Virus record (IMG/VR): IMGVR_UViG_3300033074_000233
Span: 96,001-160,000 of that record
Direction: 5' to 3' (one strand)
DNA: 64,000 nt
From: a virus
Taxonomy: Duplodnaviria; Caudoviricetes
Position 1 is the first letter of the stretch. Each line of letters opens with the position of its first letter. A program made the translations under genes and the position numbers. The notes under the pieces were generated by a model. The model was not told the DNA's origin and made no database searches. It saw only the letters and a list, made by a program, of their open reading frames with translations. Below, in pieces: positions 18,099 to 26,549 of this stretch.

Positions 18099-19613
18099 AT
18101 GACACGCGCAAAGTTCAATACGAAAAAGACGTTTCAAGATTCCAAACCGCGCACAGGCGGTGATGACAACAAGAAACTGGAAGATTTGGTAGACACTATC
18201 AAAATGCCAGAGAAGGAATACGTTTCGATGCGCCTTATTGGCCCAGCGATTCCGTATGCACAACACTGGATCGAGTTCCACTCGTCCAAAGGCAAGGACG
18301 TAAACATCCCGAAAATCTGTCTTGCGTTCGATCCTGATACGGAAGACTTTGATTCGTCCAAGAAGTGCCCGTATTGCGACAACGGCAACAAGGCTAGCGT
18401 AGCCTACCTGACCAACGCAATCATTCGTGATATTCAGGAGAATGAGCCTGCTAAGAAAGGCAAGATGACTGACAGTGAGAAGAAGACTGGCTTCAAGGAG
18501 AAATCCTCGAAGACTTGGACCCCTGTCAAAGTCGTGCGTATCACTTCGACGGTTGCGAGCAAGTTCCAGAACCTGTCCAACGCCAACAAGGTCAAGGACA
18601 AGAAGTCTGGCGAGACTGTTGCCAAGCCTCTCTCGGACGAGAAGTACGGTCGTGATATCCAGATGCTGTACGATTCCAAGGCAGCAGGCTCGGCCAAGTA
18701 CGACGTACAGAAGGGCGATGAGCGTACTCCTCTGACCGAAGAGGAGAGTGAATACCTTGTATGGAATATCGAAGGTCTGTTCGAGCCAGAAGACCTGTCG
18801 CGCGCCAAGCAAGAGGCTGCCAAGTTCTTCGGCAAAGGCGGCAAGAAAGGCGAAGACGCTGACTACGACGAAGAAGATGACACGCCAAAAGGCAAGAAAG
18901 GCAAGAAGGCGAAAGATGAGTACCTAGATAGCGATGAGGACGACGAGCCGAAAGCCAAGAAGGGCAAAAAGAGTAAGAAGCCTGTCGATAGCGACGAGGA
19001 CGATGCGGACTCGGACGATGACGCGGCTGATTCTGACGACGATGCAGATTCGGATGAAGACGAACCGAAGTCCAAGAAGAAGCCTGCGAAGAAAGGTAAG
19101 CCCGGCCTGAGCGCGAAAGATTCGGACGACGACGGTTTCAGCGATGAAGACGACGCTGATGACGAAGACGAAGACTCGGACGAAGACGAACCGAAGAGCA
19201 AGAAAGGCAAGAAGCCTGCAGCCAAGAAGGGTAAGAAAGCAGCAGACTCGGACGAAGACGAAGACGAAGACTCCGATGAAGACGCTGATGATTCGGATGA
19301 GGATGAAGACTCTGATGAAGATGAGCCGAAGTCCAAGAAGAAACCTGCGAAGAAAGGCAAGAAGGCCGCTGACTCTGACGAAGATGAAGATGAAGACTCC
19401 GATGAGGATGATCCCAGGGCAAAGAAAGGCAAGAAGCCAGCAAAGAAGGGTAAAAAGGCCGCTGACTCTGATGAGGACGACGTAGACCTCGACGATCTCG
19501 ATGAAGACGAAGAAGAGGACGAGCCGAAGTTCAAGAAAGGCAAGAAGGACAAGAAAGCCAAAGGTAAAAAGTCCAAGAAGGACGAAGACTCGGACGACGA
19601 TGTGCCTTTTTGA
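18099..19613 (+). CDS. Putative gp32-like ssDNA-binding protein with a very long charged repeat tail
   Basis: H...C...CPYC zinc motif; ends DDDVPF like the SSB C-terminal tip; upstream of recA. Confidence 0.7.
   Translation: MTRAKFNTKKTFQDSKPRTGGDDNKKLEDLVDTIKMPEKEYVSMRLIGPAIPYAQHWIEFHSSKGKDVNIPKICLAFDPDTEDFDSSKKCPYCDNGNKASVAYLTNAIIRDIQENEPAKKGKMTDSEKKTGFKEKSSKTWTPVKVVRITSTVASKFQNLSNANKVKDKKSGETVAKPLSDEKYGRDIQMLYDSKAAGSAKYDVQKGDERTPLTEEESEYLVWNIEGLFEPEDLSRAKQEAAKFFGKGGKKGEDADYDEEDDTPKGKKGKKAKDEYLDSDEDDEPKAKKGKKSKKPVDSDEDDADSDDDAADSDDDADSDEDEPKSKKKPAKKGKPGLSAKDSDDDGFSDEDDADDEDEDSDEDEPKSKKGKKPAAKKGKKAADSDEDEDEDSDEDADDSDEDEDSDEDEPKSKKKPAKKGKKAADSDEDEDEDSDEDDPRAKKGKKPAKKGKKAADSDEDDVDLDDLDEDEEEDEPKFKKGKKDKKAKGKKSKKDEDSDDDVPF
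18835..19610 (+). repeat. Low-complexity Lys/Asp-Glu block repeats (KKPAKKGKKAADSDEDED)
   Basis: Multiple imperfect tandem copies visible in DNA and protein. Confidence 0.85.
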
Positions 19614-20029
19614 TAATCCTTAAGGGTAAAGAAAAGTGGCGTAAAGTTCCATCTATGCCTAATTTGGAAGCCTCTAATTACGGTAGGATTCGTGTTATTC
19701 CCTACCAGAAACAGATGCCGAATGGTGGCCTTAGGTGGTACGGAGGATTTCCTACTAAAGGACAGTGGGGAGGCTCTCGGTATATTTACGTCATAAAGCA
19801 GCACACCTACAAAGTAGCGCGCTTAGTGTGCGAAGCCTTCAATGGAAAGAGTCCGAAAGGCTATGTGTGTATGCACTTGGACGAGAACGTGAGAAACAAT
19901 AAGCCTAGTAACCTGCGCTGGGGAACTCAAAAAGAGAACCTCAATGCTCCTGGGTTTATTGCGTATTGCAAGTCTCGAACAGGCGAGAATAGCCCTCTTA
20001 TAAAGGGAATGCGAAAGCGTAATAAGTAG
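19610..20029 (+). CDS. NUMOD4-HNH homing endonuclease
   Basis: EKWRKVP...EASNYGRIR; VARLV...CMHLDENVRNNKPSNLRWGTQKEN. Confidence 0.85.
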   Translation: MIILKGKEKWRKVPSMPNLEASNYGRIRVIPYQKQMPNGGLRWYGGFPTKGQWGGSRYIYVIKQHTYKVARLVCEAFNGKSPKGYVCMHLDENVRNNKPSNLRWGTQKENLNAPGFIAYCKSRTGENSPLIKGMRKRNK

Positions 20030-20095
20030 TTTCTCCCGTGCGCGTATTTGGAGAGTGGCCTGAACACCCACTCTCCTTCTTTTCACGAGGTACAC

Positions 20096-22699
20096 ATGGC
20101 AATTAAGAAAGGTAAGGACGTAAAAGAGAAGAAGGTCAAGAAGACCAAGGAAAAGCCAGAGAAGAAAGGCAAGAAGGCGAAAGCCGAGAAAGAACCCAAG
20201 GTCAAGAAAGGCAAGAAAGGCCGAGTGATTGATGGTGACACTGGCGAGGTCCTGGATGACGATGACGGCATTGCGCTTCGTGCTCACGCTGCGTCCGAAG
20301 ACATGGATGCGATGCTTGACGCAATCGAGAAGGACGTTGGTATTGTTGCCGTTACCGCAGGTAGTCGTAACACAACCAGCACTGGCCTGCTTTCGCTTGA
20401 CCTGATGCTTTGTGGTGGCCTTGTCTCTGGTGGCTGGTATACCTTCTTCGGCGGTGAGCAATCGTCTAAGTCCACGCTGGCGATGACACAGATCGCACGT
20501 GCGGCTATGCAAGGCAAGATTCCGATCCTGTTGTACTTCGACTTCGAGGGTTCACTCTCCGAGTCGCTGGACTACATGCTGAGTATTGCACGGGCACAAG
20601 GTTTCAAGGGTAACTTGCAAGACCTCTTTGGCATTCAAGACCCGAAGACGGGCAAGTACGTCAAGAAGCCGTTGATTCGTCGGTATCAGGAAAGCGTTGC
20701 CGAGCGTTTCTTCGACCTCGTTGCCAAGCTGGAGCGTAGTCTGCCGGACAAACTCTATCGCAACGAAAAGTGGTGGTACGTTTACGAACATACCAAGGTC
20801 AATATCTCCAAGTACAGCGCCATCTCGGATAAGCAGTTGTACAAGCAGACTGGCAAACTCTGGGTTGAGACTGACAACGGCCACCCACAGGCTATGATAG
20901 TGGTTGACTCCTATCCGGCAATGCTTCCAGAGCGTCTGGATGAGGATGATGCTGGTGCGGGTATGGCTGCACAGGCCCGTATGTTCTCGGACAACATTAA
21001 GCGCGTCAAAGGCAAAATGTCGTCCAAGCGCATTGTAATCATGGGCGTGAACCAGTTGCGTAAAGCACCTATGGTTAAGTACGGCTGTCTACACGGAGAT
21101 ACCCAGATTCCGTTCGTAGATGGTACGTCGCACAGCATTAAGTCTATCGTGGAGCAAAAGATTGAAGGTGAGGTCTGGTCTCTAAACGAGGACACGGACA
21201 AGATAGAGCCTGCAAAGATTACAGGCTGGTTTAACAACGGAGAGGTAGACAAAAAATCGGACTGGATTACGATTACTACCACTAACGTAGTAGAGACACC
21301 CAATGGTGTTGCCTCTGTTACGGTTACGCCTGACCACAAAATCCTTACCCGACGTGGATGGAAAGCCGCGCGTAAGTTGAAAGTTGGCGATAAAGTCCTG
21401 AGTAAGTACGCATCTATCTACGAGGGAGAAATGCGCTCGGTGCTTGCTGGTGTCCTAGCTGGGGACTCTTGTATTGTTGGTGATTGCAGGAATAGTCACC
21501 TTAGACTTCAAGACTCGCAGAATGCCGAGTACGTTGCTTGGAAGCGCGACCTGTTGAAGGACGTTCTATCCTTCAACTTGCGCGGAACTAAGAAGCAAAC
21601 TTGGATTTCCAACAGGTATTACCAGTTGTCCAAGTTGAAAGAAAAACTCGGAGAGCGTGACCCAACTAAGTTCGCTAACGTGTTTGATGCCCGCAGCCTT
21701 GCTATTTTCTACATGGATGACGGTCATTTCAGGTCTGAGAGGAACACAAGTAGTATTTGTATCGGTCGTTTTAAAGGTAAAGAAAAACTTGAGCAGGTAG
21801 CAGAAATGTTGTCTGAAAAGTTCTGTGTGTCTCCAGTAGTTCGCGGCAAAAACCTTATGTTTTCTGCCGAGGATACGCGAGTTATGCACAGTCTAATTGC
21901 CAAGTATGTGCCAGAGCCTATGCAGTACAAACTTCTTCCTGAGTACAGGGGCAAGTATAAGGCGCATAAACTCAAGGCAAAAATCTCTACCAAGAACATC
22001 TGGTGTGAGATAAGTTCCATAGACAAAGGCTCAGACAGGAAGTTCAGGTCTAGGACGAAATACGACATTGAAGTGGCTAGCCATAGTAACTATATGGCGG
22101 GTAACGTAGCCAACGGATTCATTGTCCATAATTCGCCGGAATATGAGCCCGGAGGGGAGGCTGTCAAGTTCTTCTCGGACGTTCGTATCCGTATGGCCTC
22201 GCGTTCAGTTCTGGGTGGCACAGGTCAGATCGAGGAAGAACCGTCAGTAGAGAAACCGGGTGGCAAGGACGTGTACCGTTACGTCAACATGCGCGCAGCC
22301 AAGAACAAGTTGTCTGTACCGAACCTTGAAGGCTGGGCCCGTATCTGGGTGCGTGATGCCTACGGTAAAGCGCGTGGCTACGATCCGGTGTTCGATACCT
22401 TCACCTTCCTCAAGGAACTGAAACTGATTTCGGGTACCAAGAAAAACCTCGTTATCAAGTTGAAGGAGTTTGAAGGCAGCAAAGGCCTGACGTGGGCACA
22501 GTTCAAGATGCTGTGCATTGGCGAAAAGAAAATGGTGTTGCAGGTATTCAAGGACGCCAAGATCAAAGCCAAGCCGTTCAAACTGCGTGAGCGCCTGTTC
22601 AAGATGGTGTCTACGGGTAAGGCGACTGAGACCTACTTTGCTGCGCTTGCTGATGGCAGTGGCAAAGACAAGGACGATGAGGCACCGAGCGATGAATGA
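20096..22699 (+). CDS. recA: RecA/UvsX-like recombinase, intein-containing
   Basis: TGLLSLDL, GGEQSSKST, IVVDS, QARMFS, VNQLR, YG|SPEYEPGG, KNKL. Confidence 0.9.
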   Translation: MAIKKGKDVKEKKVKKTKEKPEKKGKKAKAEKEPKVKKGKKGRVIDGDTGEVLDDDDGIALRAHAASEDMDAMLDAIEKDVGIVAVTAGSRNTTSTGLLSLDLMLCGGLVSGGWYTFFGGEQSSKSTLAMTQIARAAMQGKIPILLYFDFEGSLSESLDYMLSIARAQGFKGNLQDLFGIQDPKTGKYVKKPLIRRYQESVAERFFDLVAKLERSLPDKLYRNEKWWYVYEHTKVNISKYSAISDKQLYKQTGKLWVETDNGHPQAMIVVDSYPAMLPERLDEDDAGAGMAAQARMFSDNIKRVKGKMSSKRIVIMGVNQLRKAPMVKYGCLHGDTQIPFVDGTSHSIKSIVEQKIEGEVWSLNEDTDKIEPAKITGWFNNGEVDKKSDWITITTTNVVETPNGVASVTVTPDHKILTRRGWKAARKLKVGDKVLSKYASIYEGEMRSVLAGVLAGDSCIVGDCRNSHLRLQDSQNAEYVAWKRDLLKDVLSFNLRGTKKQTWISNRYYQLSKLKEKLGERDPTKFANVFDARSLAIFYMDDGHFRSERNTSSICIGRFKGKEKLEQVAEMLSEKFCVSPVVRGKNLMFSAEDTRVMHSLIAKYVPEPMQYKLLPEYRGKYKAHKLKAKISTKNIWCEISSIDKGSDRKFRSRTKYDIEVASHSNYMAGNVANGFIVHNSPEYEPGGEAVKFFSDVRIRMASRSVLGGTGQIEEEPSVEKPGGKDVYRYVNMRAAKNKLSVPNLEGWARIWVRDAYGKARGYDPVFDTFTFLKELKLISGTKKNLVIKLKEFEGSKGLTWAQFKMLCIGEKKMVLQVFKDAKIKAKPFKLRERLFKMVSTGKATETYFAALADGSGKDKDDEAPSDE
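21086..22132 (+). mobile_element. Intein with LAGLIDADG endonuclease (349 aa) in RecA loop L2
   Basis: CLHGDT start, TPDH block B, LAGVLAGD and FYMDDG, IVHN|S end. Confidence 0.9.
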
Positions 22700-23051
22700 C
22701 CTACCGGGAAACACCTACGCAGGTGTGATTGAGCCATTTACGCCTGCGGTTTTTGAGCACTTTCGTACTGAGCATTTCCTCAAGCACAACCTTGCTGTCG
22801 ATAGGATTACGGTGTCTCCCAATGTAGTCGTCTACCTTAAGACAAGCCACCACTGGCCCACGCTCATCGACTTTGCCAACAACTTGAGAGAGATTGAGCG
22901 TGGTCAAAAGGGCCGTCTTCTTGGAATGGAACTCTATGAGGACACGGAACTAAAGACCATAGAAGGCCTTGGTATCCTGAAGATGCAAAACTGGCGCATG
23001 GACAGAACGCTGACAATAGCAATCATGCAAGGAGTAGAACGCAATGACTGA
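22692..23051 (+). CDS. Hypothetical protein (possible major-capsid-like fragment)
   Basis: ATG overlapping the recA end; GQKGRLLGMELYED resembles an HK97-fold capsid motif. Confidence 0.35.
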   Translation: MNDLPGNTYAGVIEPFTPAVFEHFRTEHFLKHNLAVDRITVSPNVVVYLKTSHHWPTLIDFANNLREIERGQKGRLLGMELYEDTELKTIEGLGILKMQNWRMDRTLTIAIMQGVERND

Positions 23052-23388
23052 TCCCATAAGTTCATTGTTGCAGAAGCAGCGGAAGTTGGAACACTACCAA
23101 GTTTCAACTCACCTCCATATGATGTGGGCCATCGTAGCACAGGATACGTTAGCGGAGCCTTCGGATTCCACAACCCGTACTCTGCACGTTGCCCGCTTCA
23201 ATGAAATCCTTACGGGCTACAAGATGGCTCGCGCTTTGGGGGACTTCAAGGTTGTTTGCGACGATTCCAACAACACACCTGAGTACATTGACTCCAAGAA
23301 CTACTGTAAAGTGGATATATGGATTCAGTGGGACAAGTCGTCGGCGAACATGGAACACTTTGAGTTTCCGCCTGAAGGGTTTAGATAA
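23044..23388 (+). CDS. Small protein resembling the tail-sheath C-terminal domain
   Basis: DFKVVCDDSNNTPEYID matches the gp18-type DFxVVCDxxNNTPxxID motif. Confidence 0.55.
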   Translation: MTDPISSLLQKQRKLEHYQVSTHLHMMWAIVAQDTLAEPSDSTTRTLHVARFNEILTGYKMARALGDFKVVCDDSNNTPEYIDSKNYCKVDIWIQWDKSSANMEHFEFPPEGFR

Positions 23389-23400
23389 CAGGAGTAGGTA

Positions 23401-24429
23401 ATGGCCCTCGATTTTCTCGCGGTTGGAGACCTACACACAGACAAACTATCCAACTTGTTCCCCGAAAATCACTTGCAACTGCAGGCGTTTGAATGGGACA
23501 AGGTTTGTCAGTATGCCATTAGGGAGAGCATCACAACGCTCATTTTCCTTGGTGACATATGCGAGAATGCAAGAATGACCAGCGACGCCGAAGAGGTGTT
23601 CGCTCGGTTTCTGGCTAAGTGGGACGGCAAGTTGAACCTGTACTTCATATTGGGTAATCACGATTGGGACGAGGTTGGTGTTCACAGCCTTCGTCCCTTC
23701 GTGACCAACTATGAACTGGGCTACTACAAAACCGTTCACATCATTGCAAAACCTGAGGTAAGGAAGATCGACGGCGTGAAGGTAAACTTCCAGCCGTACC
23801 CGGGTACAACTTCATACCGCGACCATGTCAACATAGGTCACTTCCAAGTGAGTGGCTCTACGAATGACAATGGTCGTAAGGTAAAGAAAGCACATGAGGT
23901 TGTCAAGGGGCACCTATGGATTATGGGTCATCTGCACACGCCACACAGCGTCGGCGACGTGCATTATCCAGGTACGTTATATCAGTTGAACTTCGGCGAA
24001 TCCTTGCCGAAAGGATTTATGCGCGTCCAAGCAAAAATGAAAGATGGACGTTTGAGGTACAAGACGGATCGTCTAAAGAACGAGCCGAGATTCAAGTTGT
24101 TCAACCTGAAGGTCGAGTCCAAGAGAGACCTGAAGGCGATTGATCCGAACCCTCTGTACAAGTACAAGGTGTTCCTCCAGTCAGACTACGCGCCTCCAGA
24201 AGATATGCTGGAGCGTTGGCCAAACATAGTAAAAGTTGAAGGCTTCAAGACTACGGAGGAATATGAGGCTGCTGTCCAAGAGGCCTTCATCGAGATAAGC
24301 AAGCAGACGTTACAACTGCCACCAATGGAAAAGATGCTGACCAAGTTTCTTAGGCGCAGAGGTTTCACGCCGGAACAGGTCAAGCGTGGAAGGCAACTAC
24401 TAGAAAAGGTTACGCCAAGAGCCAAATGA
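23401..24429 (+). CDS. sbcD: SbcD/Mre11/gp47-like nuclease
   Basis: GDLH, LGD, GNHD, GHLH metallophosphoesterase motifs. Confidence 0.85.
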   Translation: MALDFLAVGDLHTDKLSNLFPENHLQLQAFEWDKVCQYAIRESITTLIFLGDICENARMTSDAEEVFARFLAKWDGKLNLYFILGNHDWDEVGVHSLRPFVTNYELGYYKTVHIIAKPEVRKIDGVKVNFQPYPGTTSYRDHVNIGHFQVSGSTNDNGRKVKKAHEVVKGHLWIMGHLHTPHSVGDVHYPGTLYQLNFGESLPKGFMRVQAKMKDGRLRYKTDRLKNEPRFKLFNLKVESKRDLKAIDPNPLYKYKVFLQSDYAPPEDMLERWPNIVKVEGFKTTEEYEAAVQEAFIEISKQTLQLPPMEKMLTKFLRRRGFTPEQVKRGRQLLEKVTPRAK

Positions 24430-24974
24430 ATAGCCAAGTATTAGGGCACCGGGTGTATGCCGCAGAAGCCCGGGCTCATTTAACAACCGAGACAGAAAAG
24501 AAGTTGCTGACTGTGATTGACGCAGTAACCGCGTCCAAGCAGGCTCTGTGTGATTACTTACGCGCTAATCCAGAAGCAACGATGCGCGCGGCCAATGCCT
24601 TTATTTCAGGTGAGTGCTCGGCTATCTCCGCCGTGAACGACCACTTCGTTATTGGCATTCCGATGAACTCATTTAGATTCACACTTCGGGCTGCCGCCTA
24701 TCACTACTTCAACACGATTGTTCCTGAGGTAGCGCACGTACCTTTTAGATGCGGAGCGTTCCAAAGATTCATTAGAGAGCACGAGGAAGTTTTGCTAGTG
24801 TTCCCTGAGGTTAACGGTCTGGACCTAACTGTAGGCGACCTGAAGTTTTCTGTAAATAGACTGAATGCGACGCCAACTTTCGTCCAGTTTGTTCTAAAGG
24901 ACCTGAGTAGCGTCCGTCTATTTTATACGCTGGAAAAGTCCAGCATAGCCCGTCTATCGGAGTATGTATCATGA
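24426..24974 (+). CDS. Hypothetical protein
   Basis: Coupled ORF, 182 aa. Confidence 0.55.
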   Translation: MNSQVLGHRVYAAEARAHLTTETEKKLLTVIDAVTASKQALCDYLRANPEATMRAANAFISGECSAISAVNDHFVIGIPMNSFRFTLRAAAYHYFNTIVPEVAHVPFRCGAFQRFIREHEEVLLVFPEVNGLDLTVGDLKFSVNRLNATPTFVQFVLKDLSSVRLFYTLEKSSIARLSEYVS

Positions 24975-26125
24975 CGATCCACACCTCACTCGCCGTCAAG
25001 TATCGCCCGCACAAGTGGGAGGACGTTGTTGGTCACAGTGCTGCCGTATCTCGCCTACGAGGCATTGTCAAGACAGGCAAAGTACCACAAGCCATCATGT
25101 TCTCAGGTCCGTCAGGCACTGGTAAGACAACGCTCGGCCGTATGCTTGCGCTGTACCTCAACTGCGACAAGAAAACGGCTTGTGGCGAATGTAACAACTG
25201 CAAACTTGGCGACAAGCATCCTGACGTTAAGGAGATCAACGCAGCCGAAGCGCGTGGTATCGACGACGTTCGGAAGATCATTAGCGAAGCCCGTTACAAG
25301 CCGCAGTTTGGCAAGTACCGTTTCGTTATCGTAGACGAAGCCCAACAGTTGACTCCACAAGCAGCCCAAGCCCTGCTCAAGCCGCTCGAGGAGCCACCCG
25401 CGAATACCATCTATCTGATTTGTACGATGGAGCCGGACAAGATTCTGCCTGCGATTCGCGGTCGCTGCAACAAGTTCGAGTTGAACCGAATCGGCAAAGA
25501 CGACATTACTTCGCGTCTCCAAGTGATCGCCAAGAAAGAGAAGGCTTCCTTCATTAGCGAGAAGGCTGCCGGCCTAATCGCAGAGGCTTCTGGTGGTCAG
25601 GTGCGCGATGCCGTTACGATTCTGGAAAGCGTGATCCAGTTCGTTGAAGGCCAAGACGTTAAGGTAGACAAACTCTCCGACGAGAAACTGGAGAAGTTGC
25701 TGTCGAAGGCAATGTCCTCGCTGCTGGAAGTAACGGACGACATGGTAGCAGCCAAAGTCTTGCTGTCTGTATACAAGGGCTCGGTGAAGTCTTTGCATGC
25801 CGCGATTCTAGATGCGAATGATTACAACTCGTTAATTTCAAAGATGGCGTATTTGAGCCTATACCTTTTGGACGCTAGGAACGCACCCGACAACAAAGGT
25901 GTCTGGCACACGGCCAACAATCGCAAGTTCCTGGCGATCTGCAAAGAGAAGGTCGAAGGCTTCGATGATTCCTCGTTCGACACGCTACTGCTTTCCGTGC
26001 TAGACCGCTTGAACGAAATCAAGGTAACGATGGGCACGTTCCTCGCGAACGACCGCGCTATCTTCACAGCAAAATTCGGCCTGCTTGCAACGCAGGTAAA
26101 AGCCAAACAGAAAAAGGAGAAGTGA
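24971..26125 (+). CDS. dnaX: DNA polymerase III gamma/tau-like clamp loader subunit
   Basis: KYRP, GPSGTGKTT, Cys4 zinc site, IVDEA, LLKPLEEPP, GRC. Confidence 0.9.
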   Translation: MTIHTSLAVKYRPHKWEDVVGHSAAVSRLRGIVKTGKVPQAIMFSGPSGTGKTTLGRMLALYLNCDKKTACGECNNCKLGDKHPDVKEINAAEARGIDDVRKIISEARYKPQFGKYRFVIVDEAQQLTPQAAQALLKPLEEPPANTIYLICTMEPDKILPAIRGRCNKFELNRIGKDDITSRLQVIAKKEKASFISEKAAGLIAEASGGQVRDAVTILESVIQFVEGQDVKVDKLSDEKLEKLLSKAMSSLLEVTDDMVAAKVLLSVYKGSVKSLHAAILDANDYNSLISKMAYLSLYLLDARNAPDNKGVWHTANNRKFLAICKEKVEGFDDSSFDTLLLSVLDRLNEIKVTMGTFLANDRAIFTAKFGLLATQVKAKQKKEK

Positions 26126-26126
26126 T

Positions 26127-26546
26127 ATGGAAATGCAACCGCCAGATGTTCCAGTTCAGGAAGAGCCTGTAGACTCAGGTAACGACACAGCTCTTAACGA
26201 GCACCTGCACAAAATGGAAATTGCCCATAGTGGCATGATGATCGGGTGCGATAAAGCAGACAATCCACCTTATCAGCAAGGTTATGTAAAAGGCTACGGC
26301 GATGCCCTGAAAAGCATGAAGGAGTTCTCTGATAACTGTGGAACTACGCCCGCGTCCGAGGCTGTCCACATTCTTATCGCAGCCCTGAGAGCAGACCCGG
26401 ACTGGGCCTGGTCTTACCACTGCAACATTGCAATGGCGTTCCAAGATGAGGGTGGCGACTACAAAACTGCCAACCGTGCCGCAGCCCGCTTTATGAAAAA
26501 CTGGGCCGATGTAGATACAACGAAGTCTCCGCACTACTTTGAGTAA
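26127..26546 (+). CDS. Hypothetical protein
   Basis: AAGGAG RBS, 139 aa. Confidence 0.55.
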   Translation: MEMQPPDVPVQEEPVDSGNDTALNEHLHKMEIAHSGMMIGCDKADNPPYQQGYVKGYGDALKSMKEFSDNCGTTPASEAVHILIAALRADPDWAWSYHCNIAMAFQDEGGDYKTANRAAARFMKNWADVDTTKSPHYFE

Positions 26547-26549
26547 GCC

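Noticed and set aside
18835-19610. Possible CRISPR array or DNA-level tandem repeat, given the Cas4-like gene
   Set aside because: Repeats are in-frame, degenerate at synonymous sites and lack unique spacers; no array seen in the window
18863-19804. 313-aa minus-strand Ser/Phe-rich ORF
   Set aside because: Antisense shadow of the Lys/Asp/Glu repeat tail of the SSB-like gene
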